Source: Clostridia bacterium (lineage in GTDB: Bacteria; Bacillota; Clostridia; Oscillospirales; CAG-272). From it: a DNA stretch of 64,000 nucleotides. Location: NCBI GenBank assembly GCA_017483195.1, contig JAFULR010000016.1:73310-137309 (forward strand), given 5' to 3'. Below, piece after piece: positions 27,721 to 37,506 of the stretch. A model generated the notes under the pieces. The model saw only the letters and a list, made by a program, of their open reading frames with translations. It had not been told where the DNA came from and did not search any database. The translations under genes and the position numbers were made by a program. Within the stretch, counting starts at the first letter, position 1; each line of letters starts with the position of its first letter.

Positions 27721-28383
27721 ATGATCAGAATTGCAATAGACGGTCCAAGCGGTTCCGGAAAGAGCACGCTTGCAAAGGCGGTTGCCCGTGAGCTTGGAAT
27801 AATTTACGTTGATACCGGTGCGCTTTACAGAACCGTTGGATATTATGTGTTTACAAGGGGTATAGATCCCCGAGACGAGCTTGCTGTAAAGGCCATTTTG
27901 CCTGAGATGCACATTAAGCTCCAATACGGCGAGGGTGGACAGCGCGTTATTCTGAACGGCGAGGATCTCGGTGATAAGATCAGACTTCCCGAAATGTCCA
28001 TGTATGCTTCCTTCGTTTCTTCGCTTCCCTCAGTAAGAGCATTTCTCCTTGAAATGCAAAAATCTCTTGCCAGGGAGAACAGTGTTGTTATGGATGGCAG
28101 AGATATAGGGACGGTTATAATTCCCGACGCGGATCTGAAGATATTTCTCACCGCAAGCAACGAGACACGTGCGCACAGAAGAACCCTTGAGCTTAAGGCA
28201 AAGGGAATAGACGTGAAGTATGAGGATGTTCTTGCGGATATGATTGAGCGTGACAATAACGATAAAAACAGAGACGTTGCTCCTGCGATCGCCGCAGAGG
28301 ATGCGATAATATTCGATAACTCAACAAAGAGCGTTGAGGACAGCGTTTGTGAGATTGTGAGGTTACTTAATGAGCGAAAATAA
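27721..28383 (+). CDS. cmk: cytidylate kinase
   Basis: 220 aa with IAIDGPSGSGKST. Typical Cmk length. Confidence 0.92.
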   Translation: MIRIAIDGPSGSGKSTLAKAVARELGIIYVDTGALYRTVGYYVFTRGIDPRDELAVKAILPEMHIKLQYGEGGQRVILNGEDLGDKIRLPEMSMYASFVSSLPSVRAFLLEMQKSLARENSVVMDGRDIGTVIIPDADLKIFLTASNETRAHRRTLELKAKGIDVKYEDVLADMIERDNNDKNRDVAPAIAAEDAIIFDNSTKSVEDSVCEIVRLLNERK

Positions 28384-29035
28384 GAATGAAAGCGTAAGCT
28401 TTGAAAAAGAAAAGAAAACGTATAAGTTTTTCTATTGGTTGCTTGCGGGCGCGGCTCGCCGACTTTACAGAGTCAGAATTATTAATGCGTCAAATGAGCC
28501 CCTTGACCAGCATTTTATAGTTGCCTGCAACCATACGGGTGCTGCAGACGGAGTAATCATCTGCGCAACTATGCAGAATCAGATCAGATTTATGAGCAAA
28601 AAGGAGCTTTTCAAGGTTCCGGTTGTAGGAGCTTTTCTCAAGGCTATAGGTTGCTATCCCGTTGACAGAAAGAGCAGCGACATCACCGCTCTCAGAAATA
28701 CTATCAATCTTCTTAAGGATAAGGATTGTGTTGGTATCTTCCCCCAGGGAACAAGAATGCCCGGAGTTGATCCCTCTACTACAACGGTTAAAAACGGTGT
28801 TGGACTTATTGCGGCTCGCAGCGGCGCAGACGTTCTTCCTGTTTGCATTAAGTCAAAATCGGGCAAAACACAGATGTTCAAAAAGAATTATCTTGTCATA
28901 GGAAATCTTATAAAGAATGAGGATTTCGATTTTGAAACCAATAAAGGCAGCGAAGGTCATCAGAAGGTAGCAGACCGCATTTTTGCGGAGGTTTGCAAGC
29001 TTTGGACCGAAACCGATATCAGCAATGTCAAATAA
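28370..29035 (+). CDS. plsC: 1-acyl-sn-glycerol-3-phosphate acyltransferase
   Basis: HX4D motif (NHTGAADG) and FPQGTR motif. Overlaps the cmk stop. Confidence 0.85.
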   Translation: MSENKNESVSFEKEKKTYKFFYWLLAGAARRLYRVRIINASNEPLDQHFIVACNHTGAADGVIICATMQNQIRFMSKKELFKVPVVGAFLKAIGCYPVDRKSSDITALRNTINLLKDKDCVGIFPQGTRMPGVDPSTTTVKNGVGLIAARSGADVLPVCIKSKSGKTQMFKKNYLVIGNLIKNEDFDFETNKGSEGHQKVADRIFAEVCKLWTETDISNVK

Positions 29036-31040
29036 TATAATTGTTGCTGGCAATGCGGGCTTCTGCGTTGGTGTGAAGCGTGCTACCGATTCGGTGGAAA
29101 ACAGAATAAAGAGCAAAAGAGACGGGGAGAGAATATACACGCTCGGTCATCTGATACACAACGACGGATATAACGCGTGGCTTGAAAAATGCGGAGTATG
29201 CGTCATAGGTGCTGATGAGATTGAAAAAATATGCGATAGCGCGAGCGAGTCCTCACCTGTTTCGGTGTTCATCAGAGCGCACGGCGTTGCTGTTGAAACC
29301 GAGAAGATCCTTAGTGCGTGCCGGGAGAAAAATGAATTTTTTGAGTTTTTTGATCTGACTTGCCCTTTTGTAAAAAGGATACACAAAATCGCCTGTGAAA
29401 ACAGCGGTGAGGGCAAGCTTTTTTGCCTGCTTGGAAGCGCGTCACACCCTGAGGTGGTAGGTATTATGAGCCACTGCAGAGGTGAGTCTGCGGTATTTGA
29501 AAACGCGGACGAGCTTGAAGATTATCTTAAAAATTTGGATTTATCTAAATTGCACAAAAAATCACTAAATTTGGCGGCTCAAACCACTCAAAATTTGGCG
29601 GAGTGGGAAAAAAGTAAAAAAATTGTAAAAAACTACTGTACAAATCCAATTTTTTTTGATACAATATGTAATGTTACGGAAATTCGTCAAACCGAGGCTA
29701 AAAACCTTGCCGAAAACTCCGATTTTATGGTTGTTGTAGGCGGAAAAACCAGCTCGAACACGGCAAAATTATATAAGATTTGTAAGGAAGCCTGCGAGCA
29801 TACCGTTTGGGTTGAAAATGCGAGTGAGCTTGACGGAAATTTTCCGACAAATAATAAAATAGGTATCGTGGCGGGAGCGTCAACGCCAAAGCGCGATATC
29901 GAGGAGGTATTTTTTAAAATGAGCGAAATGACAGAAAATTTTGCAGAATTGCTCGAACAATCACTTAAAACTTTAAATACAGGAGACACAGTAACCGGAT
30001 ACGTAACTCACGTTACCGATGCAGAGCTTCAGCTCGACCTCGGCGCAAAAGTTACAGGCATCATCAAAGCCGAGCAGATTACAGATGATGCATCCGCACG
30101 CCTTACACAGATGTTCAACATCGGCGATGCAGTTGAAGCATTTGTAATTCGTGTAAGCGATATCGAGGGTGTTGCAGAGCTTTCTAAGAAGCGCACAGAC
30201 TCCGATAGAAACTGGAAGAACATCGTTGCTCTTAAGGACAGCGGTGAGGTTGTTTCCGGTAAGGTAATTAAGGCAGTTGCAGGCGGTCTCACAGTTATGG
30301 TTGATTCCGTTAACGTATTCGTTCCCGCATCCCACTCCGGCGTTGCTAAGGACGGTGACCTCACAGCTCTTGTTGGTCAGACAGTTGACCTCAAGATCAT
30401 TGAGATCAAGGAGCAGGGCAAGAGAGCTATCGGCTCTATCAGAGTAGTACTTAACGCACTCAAGCGTGCAAGAGTTGAGGAGTTCTGGAACAACATCGAG
30501 GAGGGCAAGCAGTACACAGGTACAGTTCGTTCTCTTACATCCTACGGTGCATTCGTTGACCTTGGCGGTGTTGACGGTATGGTTCACGTAAGCGAGCTTT
30601 CCTGGAAGCCCGTTAAGCATCCCTCTGCAGTAGTTGCAGTAGGTGATAAGATCACTGTTTTCGTTAAGTCCTTCGATAAGGAAACAAAGAGAATCTCTCT
30701 TGGTTACAAGACAGATGACACAAATCCCTGGTTGCTCTTCACAAACAGATACAGTGTTGGTGACGTTGTATCCGTTAAGATCGTTAATATGATGCCCTTC
30801 GGCGCATTTGCAGAGATCATGGATGGCGTTGACGGCCTTATCCACATCTCCAAGATCGCTAACAAGAGAATCGGCAAGCCTGCTGACGTTCTTGAAATCG
30901 GTCAGGTAGTTGACGCTAAGATCATCGAGATCGACGAAGAAAAGCAGAAGATCAGCCTTTCCATCCGCGCTCTTCTTGAGGACGAGGTTGTTGAAGAGGT
31001 TGCTCCCGAAGCAGTTGAAGAAACAGTTGACGCTGAATAA
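29025..31040 (+). CDS. ispH: bifunctional IspH (HMBPP reductase) / ribosomal protein S1 fusion
   Basis: N-terminal IspH (NAGFCVGVKRA...) followed by four S1 repeats (e.g. GTVRSLTSYGAFVDLGGVDGMVHVSELS). ATG 29025 overlaps the plsC end. Confidence 0.88.
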   Translation: MSNNIIVAGNAGFCVGVKRATDSVENRIKSKRDGERIYTLGHLIHNDGYNAWLEKCGVCVIGADEIEKICDSASESSPVSVFIRAHGVAVETEKILSACREKNEFFEFFDLTCPFVKRIHKIACENSGEGKLFCLLGSASHPEVVGIMSHCRGESAVFENADELEDYLKNLDLSKLHKKSLNLAAQTTQNLAEWEKSKKIVKNYCTNPIFFDTICNVTEIRQTEAKNLAENSDFMVVVGGKTSSNTAKLYKICKEACEHTVWVENASELDGNFPTNNKIGIVAGASTPKRDIEEVFFKMSEMTENFAELLEQSLKTLNTGDTVTGYVTHVTDAELQLDLGAKVTGIIKAEQITDDASARLTQMFNIGDAVEAFVIRVSDIEGVAELSKKRTDSDRNWKNIVALKDSGEVVSGKVIKAVAGGLTVMVDSVNVFVPASHSGVAKDGDLTALVGQTVDLKIIEIKEQGKRAIGSIRVVLNALKRARVEEFWNNIEEGKQYTGTVRSLTSYGAFVDLGGVDGMVHVSELSWKPVKHPSAVVAVGDKITVFVKSFDKETKRISLGYKTDDTNPWLLFTNRYSVGDVVSVKIVNMMPFGAFAEIMDGVDGLIHISKIANKRIGKPADVLEIGQVVDAKIIEIDEEKQKISLSIRALLEDEVVEEVAPEAVEETVDAE

Positions 31041-31051
31041 TTAAACATATT

Positions 31052-31086
31052 AAGGGCTTCTCATAAAGGGGAGCCCTTGGTTTTTT
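31052..31086 (+). terminator. intrinsic terminator
   Basis: AAGGGCTTC / GGAGCCCTT stem followed by GGTTTTTT. Confidence 0.7.
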
Positions 31087-31096
31087 GAGGTGTATT

Positions 31097-31636
31097 ATGT
31101 ACAAGATAATATTAGACGAATCGAAAGAAATGATGTTTGAATTTTTCGACAAAGTTCAAATGAAGTCAGGCGAGATACTCGTTGTAGGATGCTCGTCGAG
31201 TGAGATCGTTGGCGAAGCAATAGGAAAGGGAAGCGATTTTAATGCAGCGAGTGCGGTGTATGAAGGAATTGCTCCCATTCTTGCGGAAAAGGGGATATTC
31301 CTTGCGGCGCAGTGTTGCGAGCATCTTAACCGCGCGCTCGTGGTTGAGAGAGAATGCGCCGAAAGATACGGACTTGAGACCGTTTGTGTTGTTCCCAAGG
31401 CAAAGGCGGGCGGCTCGTTTGCCACCGCGGCTTATGAGAATTTCAAGGATCCCGTTGTTGTTGAAACAATCAAAGCTCACGCGGGGATAGATATCGGCGA
31501 TACGCTGATCGGTATGCATCTGCGCTCGGTTGCCGTGCCCGTGAGACTTTCGGTAAAAAGGCTTGGTGAAGCAAACCTCGTTTTCGCAAGGACCCGCCCG
31601 AAATATATCGGCGGCCCGAGGGCGTGTTACGAATAA
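31097..31636 (+). CDS. TIGR01440/UPF0340 (YwlG-like) family protein
   Basis: ILVVGCSSSEIVG...LAAQCCEHLNRALVVER is characteristic of the family. ATG 31097 follows GAGGTG. Confidence 0.75.
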   Translation: MYKIILDESKEMMFEFFDKVQMKSGEILVVGCSSSEIVGEAIGKGSDFNAASAVYEGIAPILAEKGIFLAAQCCEHLNRALVVERECAERYGLETVCVVPKAKAGGSFATAAYENFKDPVVVETIKAHAGIDIGDTLIGMHLRSVAVPVRLSVKRLGEANLVFARTRPKYIGGPRACYE

Positions 31637-31649
31637 GTAAGATTTAAAG

Positions 31650-31675
31650 GAAGAGCCCCCGGGCTCTTCTTTTTG
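31650..31675 (+). terminator. intrinsic terminator
   Basis: GAAGAGCCC / GGGCTCTTC stem followed by TTTTTG. Confidence 0.8.
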
Positions 31676-31762
31676 TTGGTTTGTCAACTAAAATTGATAT
31701 AGAATTAATACTTAATTAACTTTTGCGCAGTATAATTACAAAAAAATGTGTGAGGTGGAATT

Positions 31763-32509
31763 ATGTCGGATGCGATGTGGACGATCATTATATTGTCATA
31801 TCTATTTATGGTATTTTCGATGCTCGGATGGGTGCTTGAGCTGTTTTTCAGGCGGTTCATCTCAATGAAAAAGTGGATAAACCCCGGACTTTTAAAGGGT
31901 CCCTATCTGCCAATTTACGGAACGGGCGTTGTGTGTCTTTACGTTTTTATACATATCATGAAGTCGTTTGAGGGCTATTTTGCGGCATCTTGGCTCTTTG
32001 ATCTGAGTGTGATCGTGGGTATCGGCGCGCTTATGACTCTGATAGAGCTTATAGGCGGACTTATATTCATTCGCGGAATGAAGGTGCGCCTTTGGGATTA
32101 CTCAAAGCGATGGGGCAACTACAAGGGAGTAATATGTCCGCTTTATTCGCTTATCTGGACGCTGGCGGGCGCGCTTTTTTACTACGCTTTATTTGAGCCG
32201 CTCAACAATATGGTATATTCCTTTATTACACTTGATTGGCTGCTTTTTGCGGTGCTTTTGGTCGGTGTATTTTTCGGCATCTTTATTGCGGATTTCTGCG
32301 AATCGGTGCAGCTCGTTTCTAAGGTAGAGAAGCTCGCCAAGGAGATGAGGATGGAGGTCGATTGGGACAGACTGAAATCGGAGATACGCGAGGAGCTTAA
32401 GAGCAAGAGCCTCAAAACGAGCTTTTTGTCCCCATTCAATACTCCTTACGGCATAGCCGAGCATATGAAGATACACTTTGAAGGCAAGAGAAGGAATAAA
32501 AAAGATTAA
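31763..32509 (+). CDS. multi-pass membrane protein (putative ABC-transporter type IV / CmpB-like, DUF1113)
   Basis: 248 aa. N-terminal SMLGWVLELFFRR...YLPIYG resembles that family. The assignment is from memory only. Confidence 0.5.
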   Translation: MSDAMWTIIILSYLFMVFSMLGWVLELFFRRFISMKKWINPGLLKGPYLPIYGTGVVCLYVFIHIMKSFEGYFAASWLFDLSVIVGIGALMTLIELIGGLIFIRGMKVRLWDYSKRWGNYKGVICPLYSLIWTLAGALFYYALFEPLNNMVYSFITLDWLLFAVLLVGVFFGIFIADFCESVQLVSKVEKLAKEMRMEVDWDRLKSEIREELKSKSLKTSFLSPFNTPYGIAEHMKIHFEGKRRNKKD

Positions 32510-32597
32510 TTTTTGGTAAAATGATGATTTTACAAAAGTGCGAAAGAGGTAATTTTGAAACTGTATATTGCTCAAAAACGTTGAATAATTTATTAGA

Positions 32598-32624
32598 GGG
32601 AGCTGTGTATCAGCTCCCATTTTC
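32598..32624 (+). terminator. intrinsic terminator
   Basis: GGGAGCTG-TGTAT-CAGCTCCC followed by ATTTTC. Confidence 0.7.
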
Positions 32625-32763
32625 ACGATTTTTTATGAACGTTGTGCCTTATGTATGTAATAGTTTCGTTTTTTTGATGTTTTTCGGCAACCTGTCCAAT
32701 TTACTCTTATGGATATATATGGTATAATAAAATTGCCCAACAAAAAAAGAAAGGAAAGACATT

Positions 32764-35082
32764 ATGAAAAACTTGAAAATTGCTACACTGTTGGTATTTG
32801 TAATCGTTGTTATGATTTTCACACTTACTTCCTGTGAATTTATAAACAACATTTTTCCAAATCCCAACACGGGCCACACCCATACTTACAATGAAGGTAA
32901 GTGCGAATGCGGAGCAGAGGATCCTGACTATGTTCCTCCTCACGAACACAGCTACACAACTGTAGTTACAGACCCCACATGTACTGAAAAAGGCTACACA
33001 ACCTACACATGTGCTTGTGGCGATACCTACGTAGCTGACGAGGTTGAAGCATCCGGTCACGATTATGAAGCAACCGTTACAGCTCCCACATGTACTGAAA
33101 AAGGCTATACAACCTACACATGTGCTTGTGGCGACACCTATGTAGCTGACGAGGTTGAAGCATCCGGTCACGATTATGAAGCAACCGTTACAGCTCCTAC
33201 ATGTACAGAGGATGGTTACACAACCTACACATGTGCTTGTGGCGATAGCTACGTTGACGATGAAGTTCCTGCAGCTCATACCTACAATGATGACGGTATT
33301 TGCACAGCTTGTGGAGATCAGATTTCCGCAATTCCTGTTGAAGGCAAGGGATACATCTTCGGAATGTATCAGGGTAAGCTTAATAAAGTGTACTACCTTA
33401 AGGGTGGTATGAGTGGATACTATATGGCAACTACCGATAATCCCGATGAAGCTCTCTATGTATTTATTGAGGCAACTGAAGGTGGATACTATATGTATTG
33501 CTATGTAAATGGTGTAAAGACATACATTAACATGGTTGTTTCCGGTACACACGTAAACGGTGCTTATGCTACCACAGCTTCTACTGTTTATACAATCGAT
33601 CCCGAAAGCAAGACACTTATAGCAAATGTTAACGGAGAAGATTATTGGTTCGCTACCAGAAATGATAATACATATACAACCATGGGACCCTGCAAGGTTT
33701 CCTACGATGGTTTCTACGGTGAATTCTACTATGAACACGAGCATTCTTTTGAGGTTAGTGAAGTTGTTGCTCCTACATGTACAGGAGTAGGATATACTCT
33801 CCATGCTTGTGCTTGCGGTGCAACCAAGAAGACTGATGAAATTGATGCTCTCGGTCACAAAGGAGGCGAATGGGAGATTGAATCCAACGCTACTTGTGAA
33901 GAAGCAGGCAAGAAAGTGATCAAATGTCAAAACGAAGGATGCGGTGAGGTGCTTGAAAGCGAAGAAATCCCCGCGCTCGGTCATACTTACGTTGACGGCA
34001 AGTGTGCTTGCGGAGCTGAAGACCCCGACTACGCGGCTCATGAGCACAAATATACAGAAACAATTACTGCACCCACTTGTACAGTTGAAGGCGTTAAGAC
34101 TTTCACATGTGCTTGCGGTGATACTTATACAGAAGCTATTCCTGTAGTTGATCATATCGATACAAACCTTGATATTACTTGTGACTTTGAGGGATGCACA
34201 AAGAGAATCCTTCCTGCCGCAAACAGTAAAGTGTCTCTCTTTACTGCAAATCATATGATCATTGTATCTCTCAGCAGCAGCTATTATGTTGAGGGTGTTA
34301 TAATTGAAATCACCGATGCTAAAAACGGTATTTTCATTATACAGGATGAAGCGGGTGACACTATTCTTGTTAGAATGCCCAAGAATGAAGCAGGTGTTGC
34401 TTATTCCTCTTGGACAGCTAATAAAGTAGTTGTTGGTGATACCGTTCAGATATACGGTAAGCCCGCCAGAAATACTGGCTCTCCTGCAACACAATCTGCC
34501 AAGATCGAAAGCGGAATACTTACAATCCTTAAGCATGAGCATTCATTCAGCGAAGCAACCTGTGATAAGGCTTCCGTTTGTGCTTGTCTTGCAGTAGGTG
34601 AGCCCGCACTTGGACACATTGATGAAAACGCAGATAACGTTTGTGACCGTTGTCCTTGGAAAATGAATATGGCAAAATCAAGTATTGCAATCGGTACAGC
34701 AGAGAAGTATAACGGAGTTCTTGATGCTGCTCAGACTTTCTGGACTTGGAGTAATGATGATTTTGATGCTGTTATAGCAAAGGGAACATCAACATTTACC
34801 ATTTATAAAACTGCTAAGGATTACATGCAGCTTAAGAAGCAGAACACATTTACATTGGTTAACAAGAGCGGTGTTGTAATTACAAGTATTACTATTAAAG
34901 CAAGCAATGCAACTCAGCTCAATAACCTTGTAAATGCAATCGGTAATCAGTATACAGTAACTACAAATACAGATGACCTTAGTGTTACTATCGAGTGGAA
35001 TAAGACAGATGATTTTACCTTTAGTAATATTAGCACTACAACTGTATATATCAGTGGTGTTGAAGTCATTTACGAAAAGTAA
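32764..35082 (+). CDS. surface lipoprotein with repeated Cys/His modules, an OB-fold-like domain and an unknown C-terminal domain
   Basis: 772 aa. Signal peptide with lipobox LTSC. Repeated H-x-Y...PTCTE-GY...C-CG...GH modules. The 34260-34520 segment resembles the OB fold of extracellular nucleases. Confidence 0.8.
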   Translation: MKNLKIATLLVFVIVVMIFTLTSCEFINNIFPNPNTGHTHTYNEGKCECGAEDPDYVPPHEHSYTTVVTDPTCTEKGYTTYTCACGDTYVADEVEASGHDYEATVTAPTCTEKGYTTYTCACGDTYVADEVEASGHDYEATVTAPTCTEDGYTTYTCACGDSYVDDEVPAAHTYNDDGICTACGDQISAIPVEGKGYIFGMYQGKLNKVYYLKGGMSGYYMATTDNPDEALYVFIEATEGGYYMYCYVNGVKTYINMVVSGTHVNGAYATTASTVYTIDPESKTLIANVNGEDYWFATRNDNTYTTMGPCKVSYDGFYGEFYYEHEHSFEVSEVVAPTCTGVGYTLHACACGATKKTDEIDALGHKGGEWEIESNATCEEAGKKVIKCQNEGCGEVLESEEIPALGHTYVDGKCACGAEDPDYAAHEHKYTETITAPTCTVEGVKTFTCACGDTYTEAIPVVDHIDTNLDITCDFEGCTKRILPAANSKVSLFTANHMIIVSLSSSYYVEGVIIEITDAKNGIFIIQDEAGDTILVRMPKNEAGVAYSSWTANKVVVGDTVQIYGKPARNTGSPATQSAKIESGILTILKHEHSFSEATCDKASVCACLAVGEPALGHIDENADNVCDRCPWKMNMAKSSIAIGTAEKYNGVLDAAQTFWTWSNDDFDAVIAKGTSTFTIYKTAKDYMQLKKQNTFTLVNKSGVVITSITIKASNATQLNNLVNAIGNQYTVTTNTDDLSVTIEWNKTDDFTFSNISTTTVYISGVEVIYEK
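32941..33279 (+). repeat. in-frame tandem repeat, 111-bp unit, ~3 copies
   Basis: Units start at about 32947, 33058 and 33169. Each encodes HDYEATVTAPTCTEKGYTTYTCACGDTYVADEVEASG or a close variant. Copies 1-2 are nearly identical at the DNA level. Confidence 0.9.
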
Positions 35083-35103
35083 TATTTTACTAATTTAACA
35101 AAG

Positions 35104-35148
35104 GCGGTTGTTCTTTATCAACGGATATTGAACAACCGCTCCTTTTTT
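35104..35148 (+). terminator. intrinsic terminator
   Basis: GCGGTTGTTC / GAACAACCGC 10-bp stem followed by TCCTTTTTT. Confidence 0.8.
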
Positions 35149-35309
35149 ATATTTGCTTGGATATTGATTAAAGCAACCCGTTGCCAAAATTTTAACAAAT
35201 TTTTTGTAAAACTATTGATAATTTGACAAAAGTGTGATATATTATTAATTGGTAAAGATTGGGCTTATTAAAAATATGCCCGAATACGTTATGAAAGGAA
35301 TTTTTAAAA

Positions 35310-36629
35310 ATGACCTACAACAAGAAATCTATTGAAGATATTGAGATCGTGGAAGGCGCGAGAGTTCTCGTAAGATGCGATTTCAACGTACCCCTCAAGG
35401 ACGGCGTTATCACAAGTGATAAGAGAATCGTTGAGGCACTTCCCACTATTAAATATTTGCTCGCAAAGGGCGCAAGAGTTGTTCTTTGCTCCCACATGGG
35501 CAAGCCCCACAACATCCTTACAGAGGGCTTTGGTCTTACAAAGAAGGAAAAGAAGAAGGTTGAGGCTCTTCCCGAAGAAGAAAGAGAAGCAGCTAAGGCT
35601 GAGCTTCTTGCAAAGGCTCTTAAGAACGACAAGAAGAATCTCACACTCGCTCCCGTTGCGGCTCGTCTTAACGAGTACCTTGGCGGTGTTGTAACATTCG
35701 CAGAAGACATTATCGGTGCTGACGCGCAGACTAAGGTTGCTGCTCTTGAAAACGGCAAGGCAGTTCTTCTTGAGAACGTTCGCTTTGACGCAAGAGAAGA
35801 GAAGAACGGCGAGGATTTCGCAAAAGAGCTTGCTAAATATTGTGATATCTACGTAAACGACGCATTCGGTACTGCTCACCGCGCTCACGCAACAACTGCA
35901 GGCGTTGCTATGTACGGTGGAGTTCCCGCAGTTTGCGGTTACCTTATTCAGAAGGAGATCGGCGTTATGGGTAAGGCTCTTACCTCTCCCGAGCGTCCCT
36001 TCGTTGCAATCCTTGGCGGCGCTAAGGTTGCAGATAAGCTCAACGTTATCAACAACCTTCTCACAAAGGTTGATACACTCATCATCGGCGGCGGTATGGC
36101 TTACACATTCCTCGCAGCTAAGGGCTACGGCGTTGGCAAGTCCCTTCTTGACGATACAAAGATCGACTACTGCCGTGATATGATGTCAAAGGCAGAGGCT
36201 AACGGCGTTAAGCTCCTTCTTCCCGTTGACGTTGTAACTATCGCAGAGTTCCCAAATCCCATCGACGCACCCGTTGAAACACTTGAGGTAGAGGCGGATG
36301 CGATTCCCGCTGACCGTGAGGGCTGTGACATCGGTGCTAAGACTCAGGCTCTTTACGCTCAGGCAGTTCTTGATGCTAAGACCGTTGTTTGGAACGGTCC
36401 TATGGGTGTATTTGAGAACCCCACACTTGCAAAGGGTACTATCGCTATGGCGGATGCTCTTGCTCGCTCCAGCGCAACAACTATCGTAGGCGGTGGCGAC
36501 TCTGCGGCTGCATGCGAAACACTTGGATTTGCTTCTAAGATCACACATATCTCCACAGGCGGCGGCGCATCTCTTGAGTTCCTTGAGGGACTTGAGCTTC
36601 CCGGCATTGCATGTCTTGAGGACAAATAA
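35310..36629 (+). CDS. pgk: phosphoglycerate kinase (with a ~35-aa Lys/Glu-rich insertion)
   Basis: 439 aa. Canonical PGK motifs ([32 protein letters not shown]). Extra segment between GKPHN and [10 protein letters not shown]. Confidence 0.93.
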   Translation: MTYNKKSIEDIEIVEGARVLVRCDFNVPLKDGVITSDKRIVEALPTIKYLLAKGARVVLCSHMGKPHNILTEGFGLTKKEKKKVEALPEEEREAAKAELLAKALKNDKKNLTLAPVAARLNEYLGGVVTFAEDIIGADAQTKVAALENGKAVLLENVRFDAREEKNGEDFAKELAKYCDIYVNDAFGTAHRAHATTAGVAMYGGVPAVCGYLIQKEIGVMGKALTSPERPFVAILGGAKVADKLNVINNLLTKVDTLIIGGGMAYTFLAAKGYGVGKSLLDDTKIDYCRDMMSKAEANGVKLLLPVDVVTIAEFPNPIDAPVETLEVEADAIPADREGCDIGAKTQALYAQAVLDAKTVVWNGPMGVFENPTLAKGTIAMADALARSSATTIVGGGDSAAACETLGFASKITHISTGGGASLEFLEGLELPGIACLEDK

Positions 36630-36695
36630 TTGAACTATATTTTTGCTGTGCTACGCTTTGTGGCACAGCAAAATTACGCATAAAGGAGAAATAAA

Positions 36696-37451
36696 ATGAG
36701 AAGATACGTTATAGCAGGAAACTGGAAGATGAATTTCACACCCTCCGAGGCAACTGCGTTTATTAATGAGGTAAAGCCCCTTGTTGAGGGCAAGAACAAT
36801 TGCGATATTATCTTTTGCGCTCCCTTCGTAACGATCGGCGCGGCTATGGAAGCGGCAAAGGGCTCAAATATCAAGATCGGCGCACAGAACGTACACTTTG
36901 AGGAAAAGGGCGCGTTCACTGGCGAGATCTCCGCTAAGATGCTTAAGGAGATCGGCGTTGAGTACGTAATCATCGGTCACTCCGAGCGCCGTCAGTATTT
37001 CGGTGAGACGGATCACACCGTAAATCTTCGAACAAAGGCAGCTCTTGCGGCAGGTCTTAAGGTCCTTCTTTGCCTTGGAGAGGTCAAGGAGGAGCGTCTT
37101 GCGGGCATTACTAACGAGGTGGTTGCTATGCAGACAAAGCTTGATCTTGCAGGAATTTCCGCAGAAGAGCTTAAGAACGTTATTATCGCTTACGAGCCCG
37201 TTTGGGCTATCGGTACGGGACTTACGGCAACTCCCGAGCAGGCTGACGAGACCTGCGGAGCTATCCGTGACGTTGTTGCTTCTCTCTATGGCAGAGAGGC
37301 TGCAGAGGGGCTTATCATCCAGTACGGCGGTTCTATGAACGAAAAGAACGCGTCCGAGCTTCTTTCTAAAGCGAACGTTGACGGCGGTCTTATCGGCGGC
37401 GCATCCCTTGTTGCCGAAAAGTTCAACGCAATCGTTGACGCGGCACAGTAA
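36696..37451 (+). CDS. tpiA: triosephosphate isomerase
   Basis: 251 aa. GNWKMN, IIGHSERR and AYEPVWAIGTG motifs. Confidence 0.94.
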   Translation: MRRYVIAGNWKMNFTPSEATAFINEVKPLVEGKNNCDIIFCAPFVTIGAAMEAAKGSNIKIGAQNVHFEEKGAFTGEISAKMLKEIGVEYVIIGHSERRQYFGETDHTVNLRTKAALAAGLKVLLCLGEVKEERLAGITNEVVAMQTKLDLAGISAEELKNVIIAYEPVWAIGTGLTATPEQADETCGAIRDVVASLYGREAAEGLIIQYGGSMNEKNASELLSKANVDGGLIGGASLVAEKFNAIVDAAQ

Positions 37452-37466
37452 TACGAATTTTATCAG

Positions 37467-37496
37467 GTGGGAGCTTTATTCGCTCCCACTTTTTTG
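37467..37496 (+). terminator. intrinsic terminator of tpiA
   Basis: GTGGGAGC-TTTATTC-GCTCCCAC followed by TTTTTT. Confidence 0.85.
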
Positions 37497-37506
37497 ATGA
37501 CTGATC

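Noticed and set aside
29973-30845. 290-aa minus-strand ORF
   Set aside because: It is antisense to the S1-repeat part of the IspH-S1 fusion. It is Cys/Asn-rich, typical of reverse-frame translation of a GTT/GAC-rich gene.
29025-31040. IspH-ribosomal protein S1 fusion as a novelty
   Set aside because: The fusion is real in the sequence, but this bifunctional arrangement is commonly annotated in Clostridia, so it is not new.
32707-34542. 611-aa ORF on the minus strand, very Cys-rich
   Set aside because: It lies entirely antisense to the lipoprotein gene 32764-35082. That gene has a signal peptide, lipobox, RBS and in-frame tandem repeats. The antisense frame is open only because of the codon bias and repeats of the sense gene, and it has no RBS or recognisable domain.
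36641-36673. 11-bp stem hairpin between pgk and tpiA as a terminator
   Set aside because: No U-tract follows it. It is more likely an intercistronic stabiliser or processing hairpin in a pgk-tpiA co-transcript, so I did not call it a feature.
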